This document shows, one piece after another, positions 60,416-64,000 of a stretch of DNA of 64,000 nucleotides (positions within the stretch are counted from its first letter, which is position 1; the number at the start of each line of letters is the position of its first letter). The stretch is from Paramoeba atlantica. Its lineage: Eukaryota > Protista > Discosea. The notes beneath the pieces are model-generated. The model had not been told where the DNA came from. It did not search any database and saw nothing but the letters and a program-made list of their open reading frames with translations. The DNA is taken from NCBI GenBank assembly GCA_977017575.1, contig CDRNVI010000044.1, positions 806,001 to 870,000 on the forward strand. The letters are read 5' to 3'. The position numbers were made by a program, and so were the translations under genes.

Positions 60416-61906
60416 TTATGCCTTGATTTCGTCTTCACTATTCGCTGGCACCTGTGGGGAGGAGGCCCCAAGAGACGAATCATTATGAGAAAGTAATGAC
60501 AAATCGTTTTCGCGAAGCGATTTGTTTGATGTATCAAAAGGAAGCAGGCAAGAAGAGATTACTCCTACGCAAAGCACACCTACATAAACCATAGCTGCAG
60601 CAAGTACGCTCACTGAGCGCACTTTTATCGCGACAAATGGTGTCAGCATGCACCCGATTCTAGCACATGTGCTTGCAATGCCAAAACCAGTGGCTCTGAC
60701 ACTGGTTGGAAAGGCCTCCGGAGTATAAAGAACAGCAAGGGCAAAAAAGATCGCAATGCTCCATCTACAAAAAAACATGAGACAGAAATTGGCTTCTCGG
60801 GGAATTGATTCCTGAAAGGCTAAAACAAGCATACAGCACGCCGTACACGTGGACGAGATAATCATTCCCTTCTTACGACCAAATCGGATGGAGAAAAAGA
60901 AGGTACCAACATAGGCGGGAACTTCCGCGAAGGAAACAACAAGGTGCTCGACATAACGATTGCTAATACCATAACTACTCTGTGCAGTAAGGAACACAAC
61001 TCCATAGTACGAAAACAGTGCAGTAAACCAGACTAACGACACTGTAACAGTCAAACGCCGCATCGCGGCCGTACGAACCAGCGGTGCAAAACGGTCTCGT
61101 ATACCGGCCCTTTCCGTAACAGTTTCCCCAGAGCGTAAATCAAACGCTTCAGGAAGTACATCTAGCTTTTTATTTTTCACCGCTGCACGCAGCAATACCT
61201 TTTTCGCCTCCTCCGGACGATCATGGAGAACCAAGAACCGCGGACTCTCCGGGATCAGAAGATACGTGGTACAGCTAATAGCCGCGGGCACCGCGGTGGC
61301 CAGCACGAGCCAGCGCCAGGACAACTCACACATCGTCCACGCCAGCACACACTGCAGCAACACCCCAAGTGCCCAGAAGGACTGAATAATCGTAAGCTGC
61401 AGCGACCGGGTGTGGGTCGGCAACAGCTCCGTGTACAGCGTAACCCCTGTGTGAAACCCCCCAATACCAATCCCCGTGAGCGCACGCAGCAGCATAAGCC
61501 ACCAAACATTCGGACTCAGCGCGCTGAGCGCACCAAACACCGCCGTCGCGGCCATACTCCAGAACAGGCCTTTTTTTCGCCCAAACCGGTCGGAGAGGTA
61601 CCCGAAGAACGTGGAGCCGAGGGCCATGCCCAGGAACACACAGAGCGCCACAAAGGACATGTGGGTGGGGGAGCAGCCGTAGTCCGCCTGGGCGGTCTCC
61701 GTCACGAAGGCCATCAGGAGCGCCTCCATGGAGTCCGCCATCATGGGAATCCCACACAGCACGAGCAGTTGCCACTGGAACCGACCAAACCCGATGTCGT
61801 GGACGACGCGCTCCACCGTAAGCGCGGGGCGTGCGGGGGTGAGTGGGGGTACCGGGGTTTCGCGTAGGTCGGGGGCTTGCTCTGATTCAGGCAGGGAAGA
61901 CGCCAT
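60416..61906 (-). CDS. MFS transporter, SV2/SVOP-like (copy 2)
   Basis: GFGRFQW, ADSME, GYLSDRFGRK, YTELLP, PESPRFL, YTPEAFPTSVRATG. Confidence 0.9.
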   Translation of the reverse strand: MASSLPESEQAPDLRETPVPPLTPARPALTVERVVHDIGFGRFQWQLLVLCGIPMMADSMEALLMAFVTETAQADYGCSPTHMSFVALCVFLGMALGSTFFGYLSDRFGRKKGLFWSMAATAVFGALSALSPNVWWLMLLRALTGIGIGGFHTGVTLYTELLPTHTRSLQLTIIQSFWALGVLLQCVLAWTMCELSWRWLVLATAVPAAISCTTYLLIPESPRFLVLHDRPEEAKKVLLRAAVKNKKLDVLPEAFDLRSGETVTERAGIRDRFAPLVRTAAMRRLTVTVSLVWFTALFSYYGVVFLTAQSSYGISNRYVEHLVVSFAEVPAYVGTFFFSIRFGRKKGMIISSTCTACCMLVLAFQESIPREANFCLMFFCRWSIAIFFALAVLYTPEAFPTSVRATGFGIASTCARIGCMLTPFVAIKVRSVSVLAAAMVYVGVLCVGVISSCLLPFDTSNKSLRENDLSLLSHNDSSLGASSPQVPANSEDEIKA

Positions 61907-62000
61907 TGCAGGGTTTTGGTTTAAAATAAAATAATGGGGAGCTGAAGGAAGGAATGGAAAAGATAAAGTGCAATCGGAAGGGGGAAACGATGGAAGATAA
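61250..62000. other. GC-rich skew-inversion island 7
   Basis: C/A-rich ~61300-61800 and G-rich ~61820-61990. Confidence 0.6.
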
Positions 62001-62318
62001 ATTGTTTCTTAAGAACCATACGATAAGTGTTTGTTTCGCTGTCGTTCGAGCTAAACAACTTTGAAGTAAGTTTTTTCCTCTCCTAATATGAGGTACCCCG
62101 GTTTAGATTAGCCTCGCTTTTGCCCAAGTGAACCTATAAAGGTGAGAGGGCAATAATGGAGTACCATGCGAGAATTCACCGGTTCTCGAAAAAATAGAGC
62201 CTATTAAGGGGGGAACCTGCACGGAGGGGTACAGTATAGTAAGCGTCCTAAGAAAGAAACTGAAACTCCATAATTTTTCGTGTTTAAAGGACTAAATTCC
62301 GTTTCTCTACTCTGATAA

Positions 62319-63725
62319 TTAAGATACTCTAGTCAGAGACATTTCAGTCGTGTCAAAGGGCAGAGCTATTGCGAAACCAAGTCCTATGCACATGACCACG
62401 GCATAAAGTGATGCGCTAAGCGAGACGTTAATATTCGTTACTAAAATAGCAACGAAAGGGGTTAGCATTCCAGCAACTCTACCGAAGGCAATCGAAAAAC
62501 CGAAACCTGTTGAGCGGATATCAGCTGGAAAAGCTTCAGGGCAATAAATGCATGTAACAGTAATGAATATTGAGATGGCAAGACGATAGATAGCCATACT
62601 GGTAACTACGAGCCACAGCGGCAAGTGTACTTGAGCACCCAAAAGACAGAGACTCAATGCTGTGACGCACGAAGACGCAATCAGAGCTGAACGCCGCCCC
62701 ATGTATTCTGCGCAAAGATACGTCCCTATTTTTCCTGGAAATTCGGAAATAGTGATAATCATCATAGCAACGTAGGGATTATAGTGTCCATAACTCAGAA
62801 GCGCAGTCAAAAAAACTGAGCCATAATAGACGAAAGATCCGCTAAACCATATGAAAGAGAGGCACCCGACTAATCTGCGTGTACCCTCCTTCGAAAGCAG
62901 AGAAATTCTTTCGCGGAACCCAACCGTGGAATGTTGTGTTTGTTTTGTCAATGTAAAACACTCCGGAAGATTCGACCTTGACTTATTCACCGCTGCAACG
63001 CGACAAAGCAATGCCAGTGCCTCCCTGTGGAAACCATTAACATGTAGAAATATCGGACTCTCGGGAACAGCAAAGTAAGTAAGACCACTAAAAAACGACG
63101 GAAGCGCACTCACTGCCACGTACCACCGCCAAGAGACGTCCTGCATTGCCCATGCTATCCCGCACTGCATGATAGTACCGATCGCCCAAAAGGTCTGAAT
63201 AAGCGTAAGCATCAAAGCCCGATGCTTACGTGGAAGAAACTCTGTAAACAGAGTAATACTGATATGCAGTCCACCGACTCCAACTCCAACGAGAACACGA
63301 AAAAGTAAAAATACCCAAACATTTGGACTGACCGCGCTTAGAACACCAGCAACTCCTGTAAAAGCCATACATATCGCAAGTGACTTTCGCCTACCAACAA
63401 CGTCTGATACAGACCCAAGTACTGTCGAACCAAAAAACATACCAACAAACGCAGCTGCTGCGACTATAGATACTGTGAAATGACTGCAAGAAAACTCTTT
63501 CACTAGAATTCGTATGATAAAAGCCATCATAACAATTTCCATTGCATCGGCAACAAAAGCAGTACCGCATAAAAATAATAAGCGCCACTGAAAGAGACCC
63601 AGTCCTGCACGTTCAATTACTTCGTTAAGCGGAAGCTCCGGGGTGTCCGTACTCCCATGTTCAATGTCACACGTTTCCATCATGTACAAGATGGTTCTAA
63701 TATCATGCTCGTACGTTGTATGCAA
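62319..63725 (-). CDS. MFS transporter, SV2/SVOP-like (copy 3)
   Basis: GLGLFQW, ADAME, SDVVGRR, FTEFLP, PESP, YCPEAFPADIRSTG. Start may be a downstream Met. Confidence 0.9.
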   Translation of the reverse strand: MHTTYEHDIRTILYMMETCDIEHGSTDTPELPLNEVIERAGLGLFQWRLLFLCGTAFVADAMEIVMMAFIIRILVKEFSCSHFTVSIVAAAAFVGMFFGSTVLGSVSDVVGRRKSLAICMAFTGVAGVLSAVSPNVWVFLLFRVLVGVGVGGLHISITLFTEFLPRKHRALMLTLIQTFWAIGTIMQCGIAWAMQDVSWRWYVAVSALPSFFSGLTYFAVPESPIFLHVNGFHREALALLCRVAAVNKSRSNLPECFTLTKQTQHSTVGFRERISLLSKEGTRRLVGCLSFIWFSGSFVYYGSVFLTALLSYGHYNPYVAMMIITISEFPGKIGTYLCAEYMGRRSALIASSCVTALSLCLLGAQVHLPLWLVVTSMAIYRLAISIFITVTCIYCPEAFPADIRSTGFGFSIAFGRVAGMLTPFVAILVTNINVSLSASLYAVVMCIGLGFAIALPFDTTEMSLTRVS

Positions 63726-64000
63726 AAAAACGCGAGCTTATAAAAAGATACAAAAAAAAACTTGCGCCATACTTCAAAAGTTCAAACTCAGTACAAACGT
63801 ACTGCTGCCCGTCGCTCAGTTGGAAAAAGGTTCAAAAAACTAAGGATTAGATATACTGTAGAAAACTAAAAAAGGTTCGAAAACTAAGAACGGCTAAATG
63901 TAGATGTATAAGGTGATCCTAGGTGCATTATGTAAAAGAGAATGCACACAACATAGATAATACTGCATGTACTACTATCATAAAACCGAAATCGTGTTCT

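Noticed and set aside
1-64000. tRNA, rRNA, spliced-leader RNA genes and CRISPR arrays
   Set aside because: None recognised by eye in the spacers. Divergent small RNAs could be missed without tRNAscan/Infernal.
1-64000. Alternative genetic code or stop-codon reassignment
   Set aside because: Conserved proteins read full length in the standard code with no in-frame stops.

Overview
Gene-dense, apparently intron-free eukaryotic nuclear DNA. All ~37 credible protein genes lie head-to-tail on the minus strand, as in a kinetoplastid polycistronic unit. Two U1-zinc-finger/RNase III proteins resembling RNA-editing endonucleases, a KPAP1-like nucleotidyltransferase and a T7-type mitochondrial RNA polymerase support a kinetoplastid source. 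The compact, divergent genes suggest a reduced non-trypanosomatid such as Perkinsela, but this is inference only. Recognisable genes include Nup62/Nsp1, Nop16, eIF3g, Arl2, mtRNAP, PDCD5, Gaa1, Elongin B, a Trm9-like methyltransferase, CutA, RPC2, C1D, CNOT10, ERO1, monothiol Grx, TrpRS, Mcm10, two SR proteins, a Sec7 ARF-GEF and three SV2-like MFS transporters. Three things stand out. (1) About seven ~1-kb GC-rich islands all flip from C-rich to G-rich on the + strand at their centre, and the flip is imposed even on synonymous codons inside RPC2. (2) A ~2.1-kb nest of DNA-transposon remnants at 16.86-18.97 kb contains a bacterial-type IS30 fragment, a 75-bp-arm hairpin and an internally deleted Tc1/mariner element with 102-bp TIRs. 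(3) The Nup62 repeat domain is mostly WG rather than FG. All family calls come from motif recognition by eye; no database search was run.
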